A stretch of DNA of 64,000 nucleotides from Marsupella aquatica (Eukaryota; Plantae; Marchantiophyta), in assembly GCA_973895155.1 (NCBI GenBank), contig OZ316892.1:26311233-26375232 (forward strand). The letters run 5' to 3'. Within the stretch, counting starts at the first letter, position 1. Every line of letters starts with the position of its first letter. This document shows positions 1 through 11,075 of this stretch, piece after piece. Under the pieces are notes generated by a model that saw nothing but the letters and a program-made list of their open reading frames with translations, was not told the origin of the DNA and did not search any database. Both the position numbers and the translations under genes were made by a program.

Positions 1-1713
1 AAGTTTTAGTGGATTGGAATACTTATTTGCATTCACTTAGAAAAAAACTTCATTCTTAATTTTTAATTAGAACCTTGCATAGAAATACCAAAGTTTTCCT
101 AGCATTTATAATACTCTTTATCTTTATTGGAGTTGATGTTTTCTTGTACTTTATTCCAAGATAATCATTCATTACTCTCTTTGTCTTTACTTGAGTTTGT
201 GTTCTTTGTCAAATTCTTCATTCATAACTCTTTTTGTCTTAATTGAATCATTTTTTGTTCCTTTTTTTGTCATTTTCTTTGTCTTGAGTAACCTTTCTTT
301 TAATTATTTTCTTTATGTTTGTATGCAATTTTTCTCTCTTTTTAAGATTCCCATACTTGATGCCAGATTCACTTCATGAATTCATGAAAAAGAATCTTGG
401 ATCAAGATTAAAGAATCTTGAAAACAGGGTTCATGAATTCATGAAGCTTTTGGATGCACAAGCTTCATGAATACACTAAGCTAAGGTTTTTAAAAGGCGA
501 AGGGCAAAGTTGGTTAACAACAATCCATGATGGAAGATGAGTGAGCTCAGGAGTGAGCTATGATAGGCACATTGCAATGGGCGAGTTGCGACCAGCTGCA
601 ATGGACAAAATGACAACATGTAACCCGTAAAGGGTACAAGATAGGCAATTAGCGATTAAACATAGGTTGCCAAGGGCAATTGAGTGTTGATTTGTGATGG
701 GTAAAGGCTTCTGATCTCTGATGTTGTTAGTGACTTTGTTCATAAAGAGTATATTTTCTTGTAACATTTAATTTGTTGGTGATCTTTGAGCCCAAACTCC
801 AATGTTGAGACTTATATTGAGGAGTTAAATTTGGAAATATTAATTATGAAAAAACTTGTGTCTAAAGCATTGTGTTAATTATGGTGTGAAAATCCAAGGT
901 CAGGAAATATTAAATATATGATGATTTTTTGTGTTGTTTTTTATGACATTTTGGAAAATCAGAAAATTTTGAAAAAGAGAATTAAGGCCTTGGACCCATC
1001 CTTTAAGGCTTCTTGTTATTATATAAGAACACGATTAAGACTATAAACACAACCCAAATTGCCCTTATAGTACCTTTATAAATGTGGTATAGACAAAAGT
1101 TAACCATCATGACTTTCTTGGCAAGAGATTATGGACGAGCAAGGACTTCCAAAAGTGATTACACTTGGGTAACCTTGCTTCCTTACCAAATTCATTGGAA
1201 GTACATTACCCTTGAGGGCGGTGAGCCCTAGGGGTGTAGAGCTTATTATCCCCAAGTGGGAATGAGTTATCACGCATAAGCCCCAAATAAAATTTTGAAA
1301 CATTCATCTCCTTTTATAGTGCAAACTTGCCATCTACAACTATTTGCCACTTGCGGCTAACCTGTATTCAGAATTTACAGTTTCTGTGTCAGAAAAAATG
1401 GATTTAGTTTAGGTGAACCATGTATCTATCTGTGTCGACTACTTATGCATTGGATGATCATGATGGGCTTGTCGTTATGAATGTTGTTTTTACTCAGCAT
1501 CAATTAACACTTTTCTTTGTCGCAAAAAATCCAAATGCTTGGGTGAACAACAAACCTGATCTATCTACATTACCAGGGTCATGTGAGTGGGCATCTAAAT
1601 GTTAACTTTCTACTCCTCTATTTATTTTTAAATAAAACAAATAATAGATGCTTTTCTCACACCTATGAGCTTGAATGGGATTGAGGGTCTCAAATCCGTC
1701 ACTTGGATACTTA

Positions 1714-2012
1714 AAGCCAACTTGCATGTGAGCGGACTTACCTTTTCTGACCCTCAACCTGATGCATGGCAACATGTAAGTGAGTGAGAGATGGAGGCCT
1801 GTTGGGACAGGATGTGGACTTCCAAGGCAAAGACCAAAAACTTTCCAGCCCTTTAAGGTTCAGACCTTTGATTCTCAATAGGACAAAAACAAAGCAATCC
1901 CATTTCATTGCAGGACAATAGACACCTCTATCAAACATGATCTACTTTTTGCCAATCATTTCACAAGTGTTGAGGGCTGGTAATCTAAGGGCTAACACAT
2001 GCCAGTTGACTC
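1714..2012. mobile_element. Tourist-like (PIF/Harbinger) MITE, ~299 bp
   Basis: Left end AAGCCAACTTGCATGT vs reverse complement of right end GAGTCAACTGGCATGT (13/16). TTA flanks both sides (1711-1713, 2013-2015). The same TIR family recurs at 44615 and 57979-58476. Confidence 0.65.
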
Positions 2013-2036
2013 TTATGATTTCTACGCTTGGATAAG

Positions 2037-2123
2037 GCCTATGTAAACATATACAGTTTATTGTGGATAAGTGCAACATGTATAACTGCACACCGCGAGT
2101 GATTGCAAGGTGATTGTGCAATC
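2037..2123 (+). repeat. ~85-bp dispersed direct repeat, second copy at ~8134-8220
   Basis: gcctatgtaaacatatacagtttattgtggataagtgcaacatgtataactgcacaccgcgagtgattgcaaggtgattgtgcaatc is closely similar to 8134-8220. Confidence 0.8.
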
Positions 2124-2739
2124 AAGAACTATAATAAAGAGTTGCACCCTTTTTTAAAGTGGTAGTCATTTGAATTTGCAGTTTTTGTGTCTGGAAAAAT
2201 CTAAAGAAACTTAATATAGAAGAAACAAATTAACCAAACCCTGCAAAACAAGTACAAACAATCCTTTCTATTCTTCCCTGGATATTTTCCCTATAGGACA
2301 CCAATGAATTTCCCCCTCTATCCTCCCATTGTCCTTACAAGTACATACCTTGAAATAATATATTTGTCAGGACAATCCCAATCCTTGATCTCTGTCAATC
2401 CTTCTCTATACAATATTTTATTTTTAATTTTTTTATATACAATATTTACCCTTGCCCCAAAGTACAATTGGTTCTGTCCAAGAGCCAATTTGGTTTAGTA
2501 GAATGCATCCTATTCTTTCTTCTCATTTTACAAGAAGTTTGTATTTTTTCACCTTTACTAAGGCCAAGTAGATATCAAATCATTTAGCTAAATGATAACT
2601 TTATAAGTGCAAAATAATTTATAAGTGCATTTTATGCATTTTGTACTAAAAAGAGAGAAAAAAGGTACATTTTGTACTCCAAACTAAGAAAGATAGTACA
2701 CTTATCAGTAAGCACATAATCCAATGAGATTGCATTTAC

Positions 2740-5700
2740 TGATAAGTGCACACCCTTTTTTAGTCAAGGAAAATCTGGACTTATGGACACCAAATTTAGG
2801 GCAAGTATTCATATTTTGTGTAATGAGTCATGTGAGATAAGGATGTTTATGAAAGAAGGGTTAACTAACCATAAATTTTAGAATTTTTACGTTTAAGATC
2901 TCAAATGAGGCTGAAGAGGGACCTAAAGACTACTTTGAAGTGGTATGAGACTTTCAAGCCCATCTGAGGTCAACCCGGATTGATATTAGAGAAGGAGGAT
3001 CGACCCGAAACTTTTTACTATAAGCCATGATGAGATGTAAAAGCTTATACCGCGACTCTACTGAACAACAACTATCCATTGCCAAAGTTTTTAAGACCAT
3101 AAGTCAAACACAGGCACAACCACAGCAGAATCCGAATATAAGGAATGAGAGTTGATCCGGCCTTTCACACCTCTCAAAGCCGAACTTAGTAGGTTTTGAG
3201 CTCCCGAGCGCATTAGGCTCTTTAAGTAGTAGAGTGAGGAGGCTCTACCATTTTGGTAGAGGATCTTGGGTCCGGATTATAGGATCAATCTTGCATTGCA
3301 TGATGAGAGCCTAGATATGAGGGTACCGACTGATTCGTTGTGAGGGGAATGCCCACTCCACCGCTGGAAGTGAAGGCAGGAAGTTTGAGATCCTGATCGT
3401 GGATACATCGGTTGTGAGAAGGGAGGCTAGGTCAACCCGGACATCACCATTGCAGGCCCGATTGAGTCCAGCTTTTCCCCACGTTAGATGACCCTGCATT
3501 GTGGTTGACGAAATCTTGATGCAATTCTTCCAAAACGATTTTCAGTTGATCAAAAACGTTGCTGCCAGGTCAACTCAGACATTTGTACCAGTGGTCGACA
3601 CCGAAGAGATTGAACATTCTAAAGTTGCATCATTGTAGAGCTTGCCGTAGGGAGGCAGAACATTTATCAGAAATCAATTTTCTGCTTCCAGAAATCCTAT
3701 GGAGCAAGGGGCGGATCCAACCGGAATGTCCACTTCTCGCGTTTCTAAGGGGCATTCAACCTCAACATCACCTGCACCCACTCCGGTTAAAGCCCCTGTG
3801 AGACAATCAAAGAGAAAGGAGGTCCCCATTGCCATGAAAATTCTTAGGCCAGCTATTCCAGATAGTGAAGCTAAGAAGGTCAAATTGAGGGAGTCTTTGC
3901 TCAGGATGGGCTGTGAGTCTCTGATGGAGCTACCCTGGAGTTATCAGAGCGAAGATATGATCAGAGAGATCCGATCCAAGGAGTGTCCGATTGAGTTTAA
4001 GGATACCTCCAGAGGCCGACCTGAGCGATGGACTCAGATGATGATTGCAGGAGCTTTTGTATTGGAAGATGAAGGAGAAGGTCCAATGGGGAGAGCTGTC
4101 AACCTAATCCTTCCTTACTTCAAAGGAGCCATCAACAGTAAGGACGGGTTTAATGTTTCTAAGTGTTTGGATCCTGATCTGAGACGAGTCTTCAGCTTTC
4201 TGCTACCCCTGCTGTACCCTGAGAAGCCAAGAAGAGTTACTGTTGGAGTTGGCTCTACCATTGTTGCTGCTTACAAGGGAGAAAGAAAAGTCAATTGGGC
4301 TAAGCTTATATTTGATTTGATAAGGAAGTTGGTACAGAACCTGTCCAACAAGAGTCCTACTCCCCTCTCCTACTACCTGGCACATCTATATAGCTTTGAA
4401 GGAGTCTTGTTCAGAGAGGAGAAGAAATTACTATTGGCCAAGTTCAACTTCATAAAGTATGGAGAGGCAGATCCAGATATCACCCAGGCCACCTCGGATG
4501 ATAGTGAGGATGAGGAACCAGTAGAGACAAATCCTTGAAAGACCCGGTCTGCTGCCCGGAACCTCGACCCGGACTTTACCAACCCGGCCTCCGTCGACCC
4601 GACTGAATTTCCGGATGCACCCGGCCATGCCTCCCTAGACACCCTAGCTGATTTCCAGATCATCTCAGACACATTTCAGAAGGTGAAGAGGAAGACCACT
4701 GTGATGGAGAAGGCCATCACTGACATTTCTCAGAAGTTAGGAGTGAAACCAGGGCAAATTCTTGAGAAGATCTCCACCATGAGTGATGCCACAAATAAGA
4801 GGAAGTTGGAGAAAGAGAATGAGTTCCTCAAGAAGAAAGTATCTGAACTCAAACAGCAGTTGGAAAGGAGTAAGAAGAAGAATGAGCTTGAGCATACTCT
4901 CCAACTCAGTATCACTCAATCTTTGGATCTGATTGAGCCTTTGACTAAGATAGCTTCTCTGGATCTTTTTAAGGCCCAAATTTATGATGAGTATTTGGCC
5001 AAGAACACCACACCCATCCTTTTCTCCAAGATTAACCATTTAGTGGTAGATGTGAGTACCAAGGTGGATGATGCACTTACAGGCCTCTCAAAGACCTGTG
5101 AAGCCTTAAGGGAGATGAGTGACTTGACTATAGAAGAGCTATTAGCTGATACTGAGATTCCTGCCTTTACTATCAGATCTTTCTCTCCTAGACCTCATGA
5201 AGGAGTCTATTCCACTGGCCCCTTATCACCCCTCAACCCTCCTGGTTTTCCCACTCCCAGTACACACTTCCACTCCCATTCTTACACTTATTCTCATGAC
5301 CCAAGTGCCCATCATCAGGAAAACATGGATATTGACCCGTCCATCCCTTTTACCACTGGCCAACAGGGAGTTTTCCTTCGACTAGAACCCCTTGCCATGG
5401 CTAACCCTGAGGAGGTTCCTTCCCAAAAGCTAGGACCATAATAGAGTTATATTTAGAGAGTTAGAACCACATTAGTTTAGACTTAGAAATAGCTATATAA
5501 ACTAGTATATGAGTAAGTAGACTCCAGTATTTTGTTGGTGTATCCATTGGAGACTCTACTCCATTTTTGACTAGGATAGTTCACTTTTATTTATATATTT
5601 CTTTAGACTTGGGTTTTGAAGAGGCATGTCTTTTCATAATCTTCACTTTTAGTACAAAAGGAGGAGAACCCAAAGTCAACCCCGGAGAGAAAATATACAT

Positions 5701-6505
5701 TTGATTTCCTCATTGCCTTTGAAGGAATCTATGTCTTTTCTTCCCTTCTTTTTGCCATGGTTGAGTAAAAGGAAGAAGTTTAGCAACCCTTGAGTTGTTG
5801 TGAAGTTTCAATGAATGCTAGAGTGTGCCTTAATGATATTAGAAGATCAATGAGGTTTGTGACCAATACATTTGGAAGATTCACCAAAGAGAAAATTGAT
5901 ATTTGCACAAAACTCAAACAAGCAATCTTAAGGATTGTAGGAGAATTAAGCCAATTCGAGTATCCGAGTACCATCCTTAACAAGACCAGAAAAGTATCCC
6001 GGGTTGATTTACATTCATGTCTTCTAAATCAATAGATGGAGAAGAGTTGCTACGAGAAAATCAAAAAGCATAGAAAATGTTGATTTCTGAATCTTAAATT
6101 AGGCCATAATCCTTATTGAAGGAGTGGTGATTGTCAGAAATTCAATTCCTTTGCACTTTGAATTCTCCTATCGATCTACTCTCTCTCTAGTTTCAATCTT
6201 TGTTAATTCTAGTCTTTATTATTGCACTGTGAATCCTAAGGATTACCCACTTGAGTTTATGGTTAAACACTTATGTTAAGGAGATCATTAGAAATCTCTC
6301 AACCTAAGAATGTTGGTGTAAACTTCTCAAATTGTGTTAATACAGTCTTTTCAATCTTATCCACTCCTAACGGGAACGAAATCGAGTTGTTAAGGAGTAA
6401 ATAGTCATTTATCTCTTTATCACCTTGCTACAAGTCACACGGCTGCTCACCTGTGGAGATGCCATTTATTACTAAGTGAAAATTTTAGCGGGTGTGCACT
6501 TATCA
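2740..6505 (+). mobile_element. Ty3/gypsy (Athila/Tat-like) solo-LTR or internally deleted element, 3766 bp
   Basis: Starts TGATAAGTGCACACCC (2740-2755) and ends GGGTGTGCACTTATCA (6490-6505): a perfect 16-bp inverted repeat with TG...CA. TATA-like CTATATAAA at ~5492. The 3' end (gggaacga...ttgctacaa...cacacggctgc) resembles Athila-type U5. No gag/pol, PBS or TSD seen. Confidence 0.6.
3699..5441 (+). pseudogene. Retrotransposon accessory protein, ~580 codons, interrupted by one in-frame TGA (4536-4538)
   Basis: ORFs 3699-4538 and 4683-5441 are in the same frame and 4539-4682 is open (KTRSAARNLDPDF...). The N-terminal domain (GCESLMELPW...RGRPERWT...YF...KDG...FLLPLLYPEKP...VNWAKLI...YLAHLY) resembles retroelement-associated hypothetical proteins I recall from Marchantia. 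It is followed by an acidic patch, a coiled coil and a Pro/His-rich tail. Confidence 0.65.
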
Positions 6506-6689
6506 AGGAATGGAAAAACAAATTAGTGCACGTCGGATAGTGAGAGTGTCATTTATCTAGAGTTAACTGTATTTGCATGTGCCATACAATGAACATACAA
6601 TGAACTCAATCTAGACTTGCCCCTCCACTTGGTACTTGCTCCAAGAAAACAAGTACACTAAAAAAATGGATATGTTTTTGAATGAAATG

Positions 6690-8133
6690 GCAACACATTG
6701 AGGGCAATAACTAAAGCTTTGTCGTGTGCATTTTCTTCACATTTTAATGTTGACTATGTTTTCTTTCACTTTGTATATTATTATCTCTTTTTTGCATTAT
6801 TTTATTATTTACACAATAACATCTTTAACGCATATGACATCTTTCATGGAACCACATCTTTTGCACAACACTTTTTGAATTTGCAAATAATATTTTTTGC
6901 GCAATGATATCTTTTGTGCAACGCACGCATATTGAACTATCAAAACCTATAATAGAATGCTTCTGCAGTTTTTGTAGAGGTTGTTAACAATGATCTTATC
7001 TTTGTGCAATGAGGGATTTACTATATCGTTTACATAATGACATCCTTTACACAACATCTTTTGTGGAATGTCATCCTTCACGCATCTACTTTACATTGTT
7101 TGCAAAATGTCATCTTGTTATATAAATCACATCTTTTACTTAATGACAACTTTGCACAATCATATCTTTTAGTTAACTATGTTGTTTACTAAACGACTTC
7201 TTTGCTCAAAGCCATCTTTTACTTAACAATGTCTTTCATGCAATCTGGCGGCTATGGTTGGGACGAAACACGCATCTGTTTCAGATGGGGGCAAGACGGG
7301 TGTTTGATCTGGGGCTTGCTTTGTCTGAGACGGCAAACAACTTATTTGCGATTAATAGGCGTTGCCCCCTAGGCAGGAAGAGCACAAGATGTTGGATGTT
7401 GCCTTCTTGGCCTTGCTGCCTGTTTGTGCACCCTTCCTGTGGGGCTTTTCGCGGGGGAACAAAATTTATAAAATGGCTACCATTCAATGAATGTCTTTCA
7501 TGCAATGACATATTTTACACAAGTACATCTTTTGTGCAACGCATAAGGATTGAACTCATCATGTGTATTCTCTTTAAAAACTTTTATCTTGACTTTGTTT
7601 TTCTTTCACTTTTTTATAAATTATTTTATCTTCCTCAGCACAAATATGTCATATTTTGTTGGCAACGTGTTTTGTGCAACAACAGATCACCATTACACAA
7701 CAATGTACATAGCTTAGTTAAGGACTTCTTTACTCAACCTAACAATGTTTACCATCCATATTTTGTACTTAACAACATGATAGTTTAGTTCACACATGAG
7801 TTCACAACATCTTTCACTAACAACATCCATTTGCTTATCAACCATTTTAATTGTACTTAACAACATCTTTGGCTGGTGGCATGACATCTTTTTACTTGCC
7901 AACATCTTTGACATAGCAACATCTTTGGTTTCATGACATCTTTTTACGATAACATCTTTTTACTTGACAACATCTTTCACATAACAACATCTTTGGCGTC
8001 ACGACATCTTTCACATAATGACATCTTTGGCGTCACAATATCTTTTTACTTGACGACATGTTTCACATAGCAACATCTTTGGCGATATGCCTTTTTTGGT
8101 AATGACATGTTTTGTGCAACGCACGGGTATGAA
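6690..8133. repeat. Degenerate AT-rich tandem array of (A/G)ACATCTTT subunits, with larger units each carrying TGTGCAACGCA
   Basis: Many copies of acaacatcttt/atgacatcttt, densest at 7800-8110. ttttgtgcaacgca occurs at ~6912, ~7530 and ~8110. Duplicated ttgact.tgttt..tttcacttt at ~6750 and ~7589. Confidence 0.75.
7245..7489. other. 245-bp insertion flanked by a 17-bp direct repeat
   Basis: AATGTCTTTCATGCAAT at 7228-7244 and 7490-7506. The insert is GC-richer than, and unrelated to, the surrounding array. Confidence 0.7.
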
Positions 8134-9085
8134 GCCTATGTAAACATATATAGTTTATCATGGATAACTGCAGCGTGTATAACTGCACACCTTGAGTGAT
8201 TGCAAGGTGGTTGTGAAATCCCCCAATAATACAATCAATTTGTTGTAAATGCCAAAAAATGCACTATACGTACAGGGTTGCCAATCACTAAAACACCAAA
8301 ACACATAAGGACATTTTTTGCCTATAAGAGTACAGATGCTTAATCACTTATTGCAACATATATTAGAAGCATTTATTGATAAGTGCAGCAGACAAATACA
8401 CATTGTAGTTTCATGCACTTATCCAGTTGAATTGTGCACTACGAGGATTCTAGATATGAGAAGGCGATGCATATGACCTGACAAGACGTTTGTTCCGTCC
8501 ATAAGCGATGTCATAGGCACATATGAGAAAGTGCAACAGGCCCACATATGGAGAAGTGCAACATGTACTTATGATAAGTGCATACAGTGGATAACTGCAA
8601 GCTTGGGGTGTGTGGGAGCCTTAGAGCTGTGTTCCATCAACCCTGAATCGCAATACCCTTAAACGTCCAAGTAGTCAAGAGCCAATGAGAACTCTCTAAT
8701 ATTTCAGGGTGGTCCTCAAGTCGACGTGCAGGGTGGAAGGCCAGTCTGGCCTTCCACCCTACTTTGAGTGCCCTGAAGATGACCGGGAACTGGCGATAGT
8801 AGGTTGCACCCAACGTGACGACTTGTTATCTCCGGTGGCAATAAATAGTTCGGACGGTGTGCATGGACATTGGCAAACATCGATGTCCCACTCAAGGCAT
8901 GGCGGTAGCGCCTAGTTTTTCTACTTGCGCCCAATACAGACATTCCGCCATGGATTTTCAACGTAAATTTCCAGTATATTGCTTGCACTTTGATTGCAAC
9001 CAAGCACCTTCATCCAAATCTTGCTACTATTCTGCTCGAGGCGTTCAACTTGCTTTTGCCTGGTTCTACTATGATTTAGTGAATT

Positions 9086-10063
9086 ATGGATACACAGTCG
9101 ACAAACCACAGCACCACAATGGCTGGAATTGAGGAGGCGCACAATGCACCTGCAAATGTCAATGTTGTCCGTCTTCCAGAGCAATTCTCCGGGAGGCAGT
9201 GGAAAATGCATGAGCTATGTCTGCTCATTGCTGCCAAGCGATTAGAGCACGAATTTTCTTTGAACAACAGCTCCAGGGAAAGGATAAGAACTACTGATCA
9301 GAAATGGAGAGATATCCAATCCGCCCTTGCTAGAGATGGGGTCTTACGAGTTTCTATGCAGATAAAGAAACGATGGGAGAAATTGGTTACAGATTTTAAA
9401 AAGGTTTATGATTATCAGAATCATGTCGGTAGCGGACAGCCAAGCTACTACGAGATGGCGAGTGAGGAAAGGAAGACCAGGAAGCTTCCAGTGAATTTTG
9501 CTCATGAGCTATTCGAGAGTATGGAACCTTGGATGGGGACTCAGAGAGCCATTAATCCATCTCCAAATCAAGTGGTGGATACTGGAAATGTGCAAGAGGA
9601 GGCTCACATTGAGAGCGAGCAGACCCCTGAAGGACCAGCCAGCGAAATTTTGGGGAACGACGTGAAGGTCGATTCTCCTCCACCTGTTCGAATGGAACCC
9701 TCCTCTATAGGAGCTGATGCAGCACAACGTCGAACACCACCTATAGGACTTGAGGACAGAGGCATCAAGAAAAGTCGAAGAGACAGACTCGACAACCAAT
9801 TCAAAAAGACAAGTGCTAACTTCTTGGAATTTCTGGGAAAAGACTCAGAGCGCAAAAGTAGACTGGAGGAAACAAATAGAAACTGGGAGAAGGACAGGCA
9901 CGATAGTGTTATAGCATTGGATTTAAAAAAGCATCAAGACATTTTAGACCAGCAATCTAAGATTTTAGACCAGCAATCTAAGATGACTGATGCGATGGCA
10001 AATGCAATTGGTGGAATTTCTGACTCCATTCGGTTCTTTGCAACGGAGATAGCACGTAGATAG
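9086..10063 (+). CDS. Harbinger Myb/SANT-like (trihelix-type) DNA-binding protein, 325 aa
   Basis: Intact ORF. Three-Trp trihelix pattern QWKMHELCLLI...DQKWRDIQ...QIKKRWEKLVTDFKKVYDYQ, then SYYEM..EERK.RKLP.NF, and a C-terminal coiled coil. In-frame 21-bp duplication (ILDQQSK x2) at ~9941-9982. Confidence 0.88.
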   Translation: MDTQSTNHSTTMAGIEEAHNAPANVNVVRLPEQFSGRQWKMHELCLLIAAKRLEHEFSLNNSSRERIRTTDQKWRDIQSALARDGVLRVSMQIKKRWEKLVTDFKKVYDYQNHVGSGQPSYYEMASEERKTRKLPVNFAHELFESMEPWMGTQRAINPSPNQVVDTGNVQEEAHIESEQTPEGPASEILGNDVKVDSPPPVRMEPSSIGADAAQRRTPPIGLEDRGIKKSRRDRLDNQFKKTSANFLEFLGKDSERKSRLEETNRNWEKDRHDSVIALDLKKHQDILDQQSKILDQQSKMTDAMANAIGGISDSIRFFATEIARR

Positions 10064-11075
10064 AGTAATTGAATAGGTTTGTGTGCCAGCACAATGTTTT
10101 AAAACTGCTGGAACCGTGTTTTGGCTTTCCATGAATGATGTTCAAGTTTTTGATGAGTTATTTATAATTTTTGTCCTTGACTTTTCTGCGTTGTCTTGCA
10201 TTGCGGCTACATTGCAATTTTTTCTAGCAATAAATGGCTCCTTGGAAACAGAGAAAGCATCAATGAAGCCCTGAGAAGTATGATACTATCTCGATCAATA
10301 AGCTTCCAGTGAGATTGGTTTTTGGAAGTCGGACAAGCACTTTGGGCCATCCCAAATTCACCATGGACAAATCCCTAGAAATTTTATAATTTTCTAATGT
10401 GAGGGATTTTGAACTTTACACAGTTCCAAATTGGCTCAATTGTCGAGAGTCAGTCAGGTTCCTGACCTGTCCACAATCTTTTTCCTTCCGATTGTATTAT
10501 TGATGAATATGATTGTTATTGAGGGGAGCCACCAAAGTGAGGAGAAATGGGCCAAGACGCAACGGAAGCAGTCAAAGAGACATGGAAGAGCATTGGGATT
10601 GATGCACAGCTAATTTGAATAGCCAGCAACCACATGGAAGGCATCAAGCTCATGGCATATAAAATACTTCTAGAAAGTGACGTGAACTAAAAGCACAGGT
10701 GACACTTTGCAGACCTTTTGGTAATAAAGGTGACTCTCATTCCTGAAAAATCTGGTAAACAAAAACTTATCATCACAATAGCAGAGAGAGCGTAGGTGCA
10801 ACTTGAACCTATGGAATGGCATGTGTGATGTCAGAATCCAAATAACCACTTTATAGAGTACTGTGAGCTCAGGCGTGTGCTCATTGTAAAGGTGTCTTTG
10901 CAAAAGAAAGTTGCAGAATAAGCCAGCTGACATGGAATTGAATGTATAAAAAACCTCATGAAAGCGCTTTTTCAGGTAGTCTTTTGTGAATCAATCTCCC
11001 TTTCTTGAAAAAATAACTGGTGTACAAAAAGGATTTCTAGATTATGCTAGTTGAAGTGCAAGATTGGAGCTCAAT

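Noticed and set aside
1-1700. Retroelement coding remnant at the window start
   Set aside because: AT-rich and TE-like, but no motif or boundary that I can support.
7800-8110. CRISPR-like periodicity, also at 51105-51260
   Set aside because: Eukaryotic context, degenerate units, no unique spacers and no cas genes.
10064-11075. Third, spliced gene in the Harbinger spacer
   Set aside because: Splice-like sites exist, but candidate exons contain stops and give no recognisable protein; probably 3' UTRs.
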